DNA of 63,240 nucleotides, filler included, from Pirum gemmata (Eukaryota): NCBI GenBank assembly GCA_002812295.1. It is 11 parts of 11 records of this genome, joined end to end, with 100 filler letters (N's around TTAATTAATTAA, not from the genome) between each part and the next. Parts side by side here need not be neighbours in the genome. Positions count along the whole stretch, not along the records: positions 1 to 8,115 come from PDIN01000546.1; positions 8,216 to 13,679 come from PDIN01000547.1; 9 more parts are not named here. One strand, 5' to 3'. Shown piece by piece: positions 1 to 12,177 of this stretch (position 1 is its first letter; each line of letters starts with the position of its first letter). The notes under the pieces were generated by a model. It saw only the letters and a program-made list of their open reading frames with translations, ran no database searches and was not told where the DNA came from. The position numbers and the translations under genes were made by a program.

Positions 1-491
1 CAAACCTTTATATAAAACTGTAGCAATAAAATTGCAACAAAAGTCATCTAATCTATGACCAGCGATATAACAAATATATACTAGTAAACCAAAAAACAAT
101 AGGGAATTGTTCAATTTCTTCCACCATTGCCTTAATGGAAAAGGTACATTACTAGGGAGTTAAAATTTGAGGATTAAATGATGCACTTCCAATAAAACTG
201 AAAAGTTTTCTTCCGGTAAGTATAGTCTATAAATGATTGTTTGCCCAATCACATTACCCTCATCACTTCTACCGGTACTCATCACGACCACCACCACTAA
301 CCGTGCCGATTTATAATAAAATTAAAAGTGTATAAGCGTCCATTTAGTTTTAAAAAGAATTTTCCAAAATACGCCCAAAACAAATCCCGAGGTACATGAA
401 ATTAATTACATGAAACACGTACAGAAAAGGCGACAAATACAGTTTACACCAACAAGAATGATGAAATGTTAAAATGTTGAGTAATAACAAT

Positions 492-1742
492 TTAAACTGT
501 CTCGAGTATATCTTTCATATCTTTTAACAGTCTCTTCTTATAACTGGTGATATCCCCATCCCAAGGTTTAATGGTCTTTCTATCACAAACCCAAATTCCA
601 TTCGCAACTTGATTTAACAAACGGAAATCGTGGGAAACAAGAACCATACCACCTATAGCAAAGAACAATAAGTTTGGCGTTAGTGAAAAACAGGAAAAAT
701 ATTGGATTAGAAGATGAAAAATTTCATTCGTGAGTTACTTATTATGATATTATGGTATAGGCTATTATAGTCATAATCCTATTGTTAATAACAATAATAC
801 TAATAATAATAACAAAAAAAATATTAATAATAATTATATAATAATAACAGTAATAATAATCAATAATAGTAAATAATATTAATAACAATAATAATATTTT
901 TCACAATAACGAACAATGAACAATGGTTATTAAACAGAAAGAAGAAAAACCTTCAAATGCCTTTATAGCTTCAGCAAGAGCATCAATCGCTTCCATATCC
1001 AAGTGATTAGTAGGTTCGTCAAACAAAAGTAAATGTGGGGTTTTTTGTGCCAACCAACAAAATACAATTCTTGATTTTTGACCGTCAGATAATGTTTTGA
1101 TTTCTACAGTTTGACTTTTACCAGTAATACCAAATCTACCTAATTGTTGTCTCCAAGCTTCTATTTCTAATTTTTTCTCCTTAAATTCACTTTGCATATA
1201 TTCTAATGGTGACATCTCAGGATCTAATTGATCTTCGGAATGCTATTAAAAATGAGTGTATTAATAAAAAAACAAAGGGTAATACAGACCGACAAACGGA
1301 AGTTAAAAGGGTTAGGGTTAGGTTTAGGGTTAGGGTTAGGGTTAGGTTAGGGTTAGGGTTAGGGTTAGGGTTCATATCTCTAGGTGCATTTTACCTGATG
1401 GTATCTGGCAATTCTCAAATGCGAATGTCTCTGTATATTACCAATAGTTGGGCTTATTTCTTGACACATAAGCTTTAATAAAGTAGATTTACCAGTACCG
1501 TTTGGACCAACTAAAGCAATACGAGAATCAAGATCAATACCGAATTCCAGTCCTTTGTATAACAAATTTTGTTTGTCACCAGAGTAAGAAAATCCTACAT
1601 TTTGGAAAGCCATAACTGGAGGTGAAAGTTTGTCACAAGTGGGAAATCTGAAACTTACTTTGGCTTCTTTGTCTACTGGCTCTATAAGCCCATCTGCTAT
1701 CATTTTGTCTAACTGTTTTTGTCTTGATTTAGCTTGACGAAC
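492..1742 (-). CDS. ABCF2: ABC-F family ATPase ABCF2/Arb1, last three exons (1742-1395, 1242-951, 652-492); 5' part absent
   Basis: Spliced translation gives [14 protein letters not shown], Walker [20 protein letters not shown], signature LSDGQKSRI, Walker [13 protein letters not shown] and H-loop [16 protein letters not shown] introns 1394-1243 and 950-653 have compatible phases; stop TAA at 494-492. Confidence 0.93.
1308..1372 (+). repeat. (TTAGGG)n tract inside an ABCF2 intron
   Basis: About 10 units lying within intron 1394-1243. Confidence 0.95.
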
Positions 1743-2124
1743 CTAAAAAATATCAATAAAAATAATTTAAGTCGTCGTTCTTGTGTTGTAGTAGTAGTAG
1801 TAGTAGTAGTAGTAATTAGGGTNNNNNNNNNNNNNNNNNNNNNTTATTGTTATTGTTATTGTTATTGTTATTGTTATTGTTATTGTTATTGTTATTGTTA
1901 TTGTTATTGTTATTGTTATTGTTATTGTTATTGTTATTAATGTTATCGTTATTGCTATCGTTATTGTTATTGTTATTGTTATTGTTATTGTTATTGTAAT
2001 AAAGTTTTTAATAGTGAATATTGCTATTGTTATTGTTAATATTCATATTAATTAATATTACTAATAATATTGCATTATAACTGCTATCTTAATTGTTGTT
2101 ATTATTATAAAGTGATGAACTTAC

Positions 2125-2545
2125 AATATGTAATAGCAATGATTTGACCAAAGGTTAATTCTGACAGAAAAACAATTTTCCAAAACATACTTTGTTCAGG
2201 TAACATAGGACTGCCGTTTGCTTCCATTGATGCGTCTGCAATGTATCTAATTAAAGCGCCAAATATCCAAACTATTCCCATGTTATAAACTGCGCCAGCT
2301 ATTGCCATAATGTTCATCACCCAATTAAATACAATCAAAGAGCTGATATTTTTATTTTCATTTTCATCAATCCCATCATTTTCAGAATGATCATAATATG
2401 ATTTGCTGTTGTTACTGTCAATATTGATATCACGGCCTCTAGTAAAGGTTGCACTGGCTGTCTTATTTCGTTGTGATTTTGTTTGTATGGGAGGAAAAGA
2501 TATTGTTACCTCTTGCATTTGCAAACTTTTACTTTGTAAAGACAT
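2125..2545 (-). CDS. First exon of a membrane protein, possibly an ABCB-type transporter N-terminus (TM1-TM2)
   Basis: ATG at 2545 and GTAAGT donor at 2124. MNIMAIAGAVYNMGIVWIFGALIRYIA resembles ABCB TM1 and is followed by a second hydrophobic segment. Confidence 0.55.
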
Positions 2546-2689
2546 GTTATAATTGTAAATTATATTATTATTATTAGTAGGAAAAGTATTATTATTATTA
2601 TTATTATTANNNNNNNNNNNNNNNNNNNNNNNNNNNNNNNNNNNNNNNNNNNNNNNNNNNNNNNNNNNNNNNNNNNNNNCCCAATCCCC

Positions 2690-2855
2690 CATGTAAGAGC
2701 CCAAAAATCCAAAAAATCTCAAAATGCTCCAATTTTTGAAAGTACTACCAAAATTTGAGAAACCGCCTAACTAATAAAACTTTATTATGAGCCAATGGCT
2801 AGCTTTTTTAAAAATAATTTGCCTAGTTAGCATTAAAGTTTTTAGAAAAGAAGTT
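2690..2855 (+). mobile_element. MITE family E, partial copy
   Basis: Shares the GAGCYCAAAAATCCAAAAATCTCAAAAT...CCAATGGCTAG...TTTAGAAAAGAAGT core with 33120-33330. Confidence 0.75.
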
Positions 2856-4869
2856 TTTTTTTTTTTTTTTTTACCAACTTCCTTTTTCTCAGTTTGCTAT
2901 CATTATCATATTATTATATAATGCATCATAATGCTTATCGACCTACTACAGTGTTATAGACAATAATATTAATACATTAATTTTTTTTTTATTAATTTTG
3001 TTCATAATTTTGAGATTTTTTTATTTATTCATTAATTAAAAGTATAAGATGTAACAAGTAAACAAATAAAACTATATGATTTTTTTATTGAATATATTAT
3101 ATATATAACATATATAATATTAATGTAATATAATGTTAACGTTATATTAATATTTGGTTAGGCAGAACAATACCCCAAACTTATCCTTGATCCATATAGC
3201 CACAAGGTTTTTAAAGTGTTTTCAATCATTTTTTTAAAAAAAATTATTAAAAAAATTAAGGTTAGGGTTAGGGTTAGGGTTAGGGTTAGGGTTAGGGTTA
3301 GGGATCGATTTACCATGTTTTATGATACGATGGCATTTATAATAGTGTTCGTAAATACACCAACTGTTATAATTAATTCATATTATTTTAATACAATTAA
3401 TATTACAAAGTTATTACAATTTTTTAAAGTTTATTTGTTCATAATATTTTATATATAAATTTTGTATTTTTAAATTTTTAAATTTGATTCATTAAAATTT
3501 CAATTTACAAATAATAATATTAAAATAACATGTAACAATTGTATTAGATCAGGTCATATCTCAACTACAATCTTAACCGTGACACTCTTAACCCTTGGTC
3601 ATAAGGTTTTAATTAATTAAAATTTATTATTAATATTATTATAATATTTTTATAATCAAGAAGTGACAAGAACCTCAGGAAAAAAAATTCTTGAGTTCTT
3701 GATAATAATTATATATATACAATGTCATACTATGCATGCATTTACTGGTATATAACATTTATATTTTGACTATATAATATTATGATGGTCTTAGAAGAGC
3801 AAAACAAAAATATTCTATTTATAAATATAATAATAAAATATATAATGTAATAACATATTTATAATAATATAATAATTGTAAAAAACACGTTTGTTTGGGA
3901 ACACTTGGTTTTCTTCTTTTCTATTTTCTAGAAGCAGACAAAAAACGAAAAAATATGAAAAATCGGCAAAAACATTACAAAAACCTGTTTTATTATTTGT
4001 ATAACTGATGACAAAACCACCAGCAAACCCACTAGAGCAGAGAAAACACGCTATTTTTTAAAAACCTAAAAGTCTAACCTACTGTTGTAGTCTAGCTAGC
4101 TAGTAGCTATATGTATGATAGTAGTAGCAATAGTCTAGCTAGTAGCTATCATAGCTAGTAGTAGGGTTTGCAAAACCATTTGGTTAGGGTTAGGGCTACT
4201 AGGTAGGGGTTAGAGTGGGTTTTAATTATAGGTTTTTTAATTATTATGATATTATGATAAAAAAAAAAAAATACAGTAAAAAAATAGAAAAAAATTTAAT
4301 ATATTTAGACTATAACCAGACTATAACATATTATTAGAAAACCACAAGACACAACTTTCACAACTTTACACGCATTATTACTTTATTAGTACACTTTGCA
4401 CAATGCACATTCGTCAATTATAAATATATACCTATATATCTAGTCCAATGGAGATCTTTGTTTACAACACTCTTCTGCGGGCAAGAGTCCGCAAGTCTCC
4501 GCGGCGCAAGACAGTGGCAACACTGTGGCAACTTGCAAGACACTAGCAAGACTACCAGTACCCCTCCTGCCTAGTAGCTAGCTAGTGGCTAATAGACGAT
4601 AGTCCTACTAGCTGGTTAGGGTTAGACAGTTATGGGGCTAGCTAACTATCTAGGACTAGCTAGCTAGCTAGTAGGGCAAGACCCTGTAGGCTGTAGGACT
4701 GCTGTAGGGCAAGAGTCCACCGCAAGACTGTAACATTTCTTTTTTTTTCCATTTATAGATATTTACTGTGATTATTTGTAAATGTATTAAACCTATAGGC
4801 GGGTCTCTTATTTACAAAATAAATAAAACCAAGTCCTTGATAAAACGCAAAAAAAAAAAAAAAAAAAAA

Positions 4870-4913
<44 letters not shown>

Positions 4914-6433
4914 AGCAAAATTTACAAATATAGCAAATAAAGTACTGAAATGAACCTCAAAAGAATCAAGACTCAAGTAGACTATATTAGGTCTAATTTT
5001 ATTTTAAAAATTTTATAAAATACCAAAATTATTGGTCTCAATTACATAAATATCATAATATGATAAATATTATACATAATTATACACAATATTATCTGAT
5101 TTATTATATTATATAGAGATGCATCAAGCCGAAGACGCTACAACCGATTGTAAGTCTATTAGTATTCATGAAAAGGTAGTAAAAAATCTTTATTATAAAT
5201 GACGTTATACGGCTATATAATTATATTACGTTAATTAAAATTTTATACTACGTTATGCAAGGCATAAAAAAGATTAAAACCTAATAAAAAAAATATTATT
5301 GCAGGCTTAGGATTTTTGTTCTCGGGTTAACAAATACATTGCTAAAGCTACAGCTAATCGTTCCGAGATTGCATTACGTACACTTTGGGGGTCGTTTAAA
5401 AAACAAAAAGAGAGAAGTATAGCTAAAACCGAGATCCCAGATCAAGACGAAGGCGAGATACAAGAAAGCAATAAAGGTAGGAACTCCTCAGAAAACATTA
5501 ATAAAATAGATGTGAAGCGTAAGCGTTTACAAAGAGTTAGGGTTAGGTTAATTAGAAACGGAAAAAGCTGCTAATATTAATACTGATGCTAATTCTAGTT
5601 AACTACTACTAATTAATACTAATACCAATACCAATACTAATACTAATACTAATACTAGTACTAATATATTAATACTTATTATAATACTAATACTAATAAT
5701 ACTAATACATTCCTAATTTAAAATACTAATACTAATACTAATACTAATACTATTACATAAACTAATACTATAGTACCAATACTAATACTAATACGAATAC
5801 GAATACTAACACTAACACTGATATTAATATTAATAATAACCCTATTAATACTAATTCTAATACTAACAATAACAATATAACAATAACAATAACAATAACA
5901 ATAACAATTTTTGCAATTATATATATATACGCTTATTATTAATATCACAGCAACACCACAACTCCGCTATTCTGTCTTTCGGTGCTATCGTCACAGGCTA
6001 TACATGGCTATTAATATTATATATATTGATTTATTATAATATACTATAATATGTAATTATAGATAATTGTATATAATATATCATACATGTACAGCCTATA
6101 TAATCATACAGCTTTAGCTCTAGCTAGCTAGAGCTTTAGACTGCTTTAGTTATATATATTAATATATATTAATATTTTGAAAATGCCGATTTCGAATATC
6201 TTATCTCACATCTGGACCAATTTATTATATGTATATAATATATATTTTAATCAGCATTTTTGAAACAAACCAAAAGGATGATTTTTAATTTACTATCATT
6301 TTTTTACCTTCCCATAATATTGTGAATATTTTAATTATTAATAATTTTACCAATTCTACAATAAAAAAAGGTACGTGGTTCAAAAGGCAATATCCACATA
6401 TTATATTATATATTTACAACAACAATTCAACTG

Positions 6434-7241
6434 TTACTCGGCTACAACTTCTTGTGAATCGTTATATTTCAATGTCAAAACTTTGTCACACAACTTTAAT
6501 AATTCCATTCTGTGTGTTACAATAATCATCGTTCTTTTCTTTAAAAAATCTCTTAAATTTTCAATTATACAATCTTGTGTTTCAGGGTCCAAACTGGAAG
6601 TAGGTTCATCCATTATGACAATATCAAGATTGTTAGTTAAAATACCTCTTAAAAACAAACGTGCGATTTGGATCCGTTGCTTTTGTCCACCAGATAATTG
6701 ACTATCACCATCACTTAGCAGCGTAAGAATACCAGATGGTAATGTACTGATGAATCCTTTTAAACAAGCCAACTCTAAGGATTTATCTATAGACTTTGCG
6801 AGATAGGATTGATCGTCTTTATAACAATCTAAATTTAAACCATATACTATGTTATCATATATTGTTCGGGAAAATAATTTGGAATCTTGCGATACAACAG
6901 CTATTCTACTTCTATATTCTTTAATGTAATGCTCGTCTACTATAACATCACGGCTTCTTTGCTCATTATATATACTTAAACTACCCTTTTCCGGAGTCAA
7001 CAAACCTGATAAAATATTTAATAATGTACTTTTACCCATGCCAGTTTCGCCGATAATAGCCACATTTTCTCCTTTATGAAAAATTAAATTAAAATTTTTT
7101 AACACAACATTTTTCTTGTAAATAAATTCATTTTTACCCACTTCAGATTCCCTAACAACATAACTTACCTCTACGTCATTGAATTTTATAAACGGAGGCT
7201 GATCGGTATTGTCTTCACAATTATTATTATTATTCGTATTC

Positions 7242-7302
<61 letters not shown>

Positions 7303-7941
7303 CGTTATGATTATCATTATCACTATTATTGCCGTTGTTGTTGTTGCTGTTATTGTTGTTGTTGTTGATAATATTGGTAGTAGTGGCGGTGACAGAATTG
7401 TTATCTAACTGTAAACTAGTGTTAGTGCTGACACCGATACTAGTATTCAAACTTACATTGTTGATAAGTTCAGTATTGTAAGGGTTACTTTTAAAATTAT
7501 TATCATTATCATTATCATCATTTTCAGTCTCATTAGTAATATTACCAACTTTGTAGTCACGTTTTAGTTCATTGATTTTATAATGCACTGGTAAACTCAA
7601 AAAGCTGCAATCTGGACAATCATCTTCTCCCACAATTTTTCTTATTTCCTGTAATGAGTTTAAACATTCTGTTCTTAATGCAACTTGATATCCCAACTCT
7701 ATGATACCTCTATACAGCTGATTTAATACCAAAATTATTACTAATAAACTAAAAAAATTATTCATGTAAATATCATTTTCCGAGTAATGATACATATAAT
7801 ATATACATAGCGTTGGCATAGTAAAAGACACAAAAATCAATCGCATCAATGTCAGGAATCCAACTAAGTATCCTTTTCTTTGTATGTACGAGTAAGGACT
7901 TTTTTCGGTAGCTCTTAAATTAGCTAATTCAATGTCTATAT
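6434..7941 (-). CDS. ABCB-type ABC transporter, terminal exon (last TM helices, Asn-rich linker, nucleotide-binding domain)
   Basis: Walker A GETGMGKST, Q-loop VSQD, signature LSGGQKQRI, Walker B IVIMDEPTSSLD and H-loop IIVTHR. Likely acceptor TAG at 7944-7942; the scaffold ends upstream. Confidence 0.9.
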
Positions 7942-8115
7942 CTATTGTATAAAAAACATAAAACGTAAAATTCGTCACATGAATATTTTTCAAACATTTA
8001 GCTTTTAATTAGTTGTAAGAGTAGGTTTTGTTTAGTTTGCTTGACGGTTAAAAAATTAAATATATAATCGTGTTTAACAACCACCACAATATCATTACCA
8101 ATAATAATAATAATA

Positions 8116-8215
8116 NNNNNNNNNNNNNNNNNNNNNNNNNNNNNNNNNNNNNNNNNNNNTTAATTAATTAANNNNNNNNNNNNNNNNNNNNNNNNNNNNN
8201 NNNNNNNNNNNNNNN
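8116..8215. other. Artificial scaffold-joining linker N44-TTAATTAATTAA-N44
   Basis: Six-frame stop linker. Identical linkers at 13680-13779, 19310-19409, 24653-24752, 30178-30277, 35685-35784, 41236-41335, 46748-46847, 52256-52355 and 57747-57846. Confidence 0.98.
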
Positions 8216-8244
8216 ATATATTATTAAAAAACAAAACAATAACG

Positions 8245-8442
8245 ATGACAATGTTTAAAGATGTTGAAATAAATAATAAACGTTTACTTTGCTTTAGTGA
8301 ATTGTTTGCTTTTGATAATAACAAGTATAATAGTGAAATAAATGATTTTCTTACAAAAAGTTCGTTGGCAAACAACTATGGGTTTTTGAAAGAGGTTTAT
8401 GATTTTGTTCAAATTTTCAAGAAAGGAAATCCTAGTGTTGAC

Positions 8443-8493
<51 letters not shown>

Positions 8494-9158
8494 TGTCATA
8501 ATAATAGTAAAAATGATAATAATAATAATGATAACAGTAACAATAATAAACACGAACAAACAGTACTAGAATTACCAATACCACAGCAAGAAAAAGCAGG
8601 ACAAGAATCCGAAGAAGAAAGTGACTATGTTCATACATATGATATTGTCGGATATGGTTGTGATGAGGAAAATGAAAATGATAACGAGAAATTAAATAAT
8701 GATAATGATATATATGAAGATGTATCAAAAGTTCAATTCGAACCTATTAGCCAAAGTAACACAATGGAAGTATACGTCCAAGCAAAAGCAATATATTACA
8801 AATACATAGCAACTAATGCAACTAAACAATTGAAAATCACACTACAAACTTGTAAAGATATAGAATCCAATTTGAAACACTACGAAAGTGGATTGGAAAG
8901 TATATATAGCAACTTATTTGACGAAGCTGAACGAGACATCAAACAAGGCCTTTGGCGTGCATATTGTTACACAGTTTACAACCAAGATATAACTGATTTG
9001 TTTAACCAATTTAACCTTGACGATTATTACGATATTCAATCTGTTTCGGAACAAAGTGAAAATGCGTATAAGAAAAGTGATAATAGTAGTGATAGCATCA
9101 GTACTATGAAAAATAATGATATCGATTCACCTAACAATGTGACTATTAGCAAATATGA

Positions 9159-9199
<41 letters not shown>

Positions 9200-9942
9200 A
9201 TAACAGTAACAGTAACTGTAATAAAACAAAAAAATGGACTATTCGTAGGGGATCGTTACCTAACACTACCGAACTTGGTTTTGTAAGTAATGAAAACATC
9301 AAAAACAACAATAATAAGATCCACAACGTTGATGAGCAACTAAAAAAGAAAAAATTCAGTTTAAATCTCAATCAAAAATTTAGACAAACCATGAAAAGAA
9401 GAAATAGCTCACCAACAGTAACTACAGTCGAGAAATTAAAAAAAAGCCAACCACCACCACCACCACCACAACCAGTATTGACATCACCACAACCAGTATC
9501 GACACAACTTCTAGATTATGAAACTAGACAAGAAATTATATACGAAACTATAAAAGATGAAAGTGAAGACAACGGATACTTGACCTTCGATCAATTGCAA
9601 AATAGCGTTTTTCGTGAGCGTAGCCGGGTTTACTGTAAACGTAAAACTTCCCTGGATTTGCACACTAACCCCAACAAATTTTTCATTAGTAGAAAGACTT
9701 CTTTGCCACAATTGCCCTTGACACCTCCAAGTATAGCAACATCATCTACTTCAACACCAGATTTTCATTTTGTAAGTGATAAAAAATCTGAAAGTAATTA
9801 CTGCCTATTAAAGGCCAAATCAAAAGTAAACAGTTTTACAAGTACTAGTACTAGGGATGACGAAGATTATGAGGATAATATGGTTTTCTTTTCCAATAAT
9901 CAACATGTACAAAATTCTCAGTCCCTTGTGTCTCTTTCATGA
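8245..9942 (+). CDS. RGS-homology domain protein with low-complexity insert and disordered C-terminus (5' end may be truncated)
   Basis: 565-aa ORF. DFLTKSSLANNYGFLKEVYDF and AKAIYYKYIATNATKQLKI...NLFDEAERDI match the two halves of the RGS fold consensus. Confidence 0.75.
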
Positions 9943-11283
9943 TATTCTTACATACATATAAAAGAATGATGTTTATTCAATAAAATTTTTTTTTTTGTAT
10001 TCTTGATTGTTAATTAAAATTAATAATATTAATATTATATTAATTAATTACTGTCATTTTTTAATTAAAATATTATATTATAATGTAATACTAATTAATA
10101 ACTATAAATTCTAAAAGTCCTACAGCTATTACTACTTATAAATGTTAATTAATTGAAAAAGGTGAATTCAAAAGTAGCCAGCGCTAGTGCTAGCTAGTGC
10201 TAGGACCAGTGCTTCCCTCTAACTAATATAATTCTTAATTAATACCCTGTGTTTTTTTCATGTAACAGATTGTAACAGAATAAACAAATGGTAATTTTTT
10301 CAAATTTCTGCTTGGTATCTGATTTCCTCTTTTAGAATGTGCACCCATCAATCCCTATGATTATCAGATATTAATTAAAAATAAAAATAAAATGATCAAA
10401 TCCATATCTATCGTAGCTATTCATATCATAGAGCTAGAGTGAGCTAGTCTAATAATAATAAAAATAAAAAAAATAAAAAAAAAATCGTGTAATCGCCAGT
10501 GTAACAACTGTGTAACAGTTGTGTAACCATCTAACCAAAAAAAAAAAATAAAAGTAATAAAAATCTTGGAGTTGTTTATACCAATAGTAGGTCTGAATCT
10601 GAAATTTTGAAAAATCTGATTAATAGCAATTGGTTAATTACGAAATGTTAGTGACGTCACACCAGATCAGCAGCCTTTCAGCTTCAAGAGAGAGCTCATC
10701 GTGAGCATTTCGTGGGCTCATAAGAGTCGAAATTGACACGAGTGATTGAATAATTACCAGTGAATAATCACAGTTTTTTTTTTGGGGGGGGGNTTTTTTG
10801 TTGTTGTTGTTGTTGTTCCCCGTTCCCTTAGGGAGCTACAGCTAATTAACTAGTAACTCGATGTTTATGCATCATGTGACTTTTCTTATTAAAAAAAAAA
10901 TTAAACCAATTAATTAAATTAAAAAGCTAATCTAGAGCTTAAAACAGGCCAACTTTGTTATTGAATTTTCTTCATAGCATCATTATTACCCAGTCTATAA
11001 ACACATATATTTTGTTGCCAGACGGTCACTTTACGCTCACAAAAGCCAAACTAAAGCAAAGAAAAGTAAATCTAAAATGACTCTCATAATATGGTTCATT
11101 TTTATATATCAAAATAACAACATTATTAACGATTGGTTATGTTGGTGAGAAGGGTGTGAAGCAGTGACTGGAGTCATTGTGGCAAGACAATATCCTAGTG
11201 GACAATATATATATATANNNNNNNNNNNNNNNNNNNNNNNNNNNNNNNNNNNNNNNNNNNNNNNNNNNNNNNNNNNNNNAAAA

Positions 11284-11332
<49 letters not shown>

Positions 11333-12115
11333 CCTATGATAATATTAATATATATTATCATGCATCGTCTATTTAATCACAGTTGTCCTCTCAATCTCTA
11401 GTTTGGTACTATTTAAGTTTATAATTAAACTTTTTTATATAAAACAACATTAAAAGTATAAAATAATAAAATAAAAAGTTGATAACCATAATAATAATTG
11501 TGGTACATTTATTTCAGTTTGAACTGGGCAACACTATTGAAAAACACGATATAATAATATACTACAGACTAGGCTGAAGAAATCTGAAGAACCTGATAAT
11601 TAAGATAATAGACAAACACTCTAACCCTAAACGCCCTAACCCCAAGCACCCTAACCCTTATCACCCTAATTTATAATGCTAACTGTAACCATGACTATAA
11701 ACCATAACTATATATAACACGCCGTGATCGTAACAGTAACCTCTAATCTTTTCCCTAGGGAAAAAAGGATAATGACAATCATAATAGTAATAACGATAAA
11801 ATGAACATGAACATGAACAGAAAAATGTTCATGATAATAATAAAAATAACAACAATAATAATAATAATAATAGCAACGATAACGATAGTGACTCTGATAA
11901 TGATACTTAATGATAATGATAATGATATATCAAGATAATAATTATGTTGATCTAGCGTAAGAGCCTTTGCTAGTTAAAACATTGAATAATGATAATACTT
12001 GATAATGATAATGATAATTGCAATGATAATGATAATGATAATAATGAATGATAATAATGATTAGAATCATAATGATAATGAAAATGAAAACGATAATGAT
12101 AATGATAATGGTATC

Positions 12116-12177
<62 letters not shown>

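Noticed and set aside
1734..1940. ORF-track entries made of YCYC, poly-L/V/I/K/F/T or RVRV runs (also 3216, 4768, 5718, 12119, 14087, 18616, 25933, 30283, 35533, 41280, 62713)
   Set aside because: These are translations of microsatellites, homopolymers or telomere repeats, or antisense shadows of real genes.
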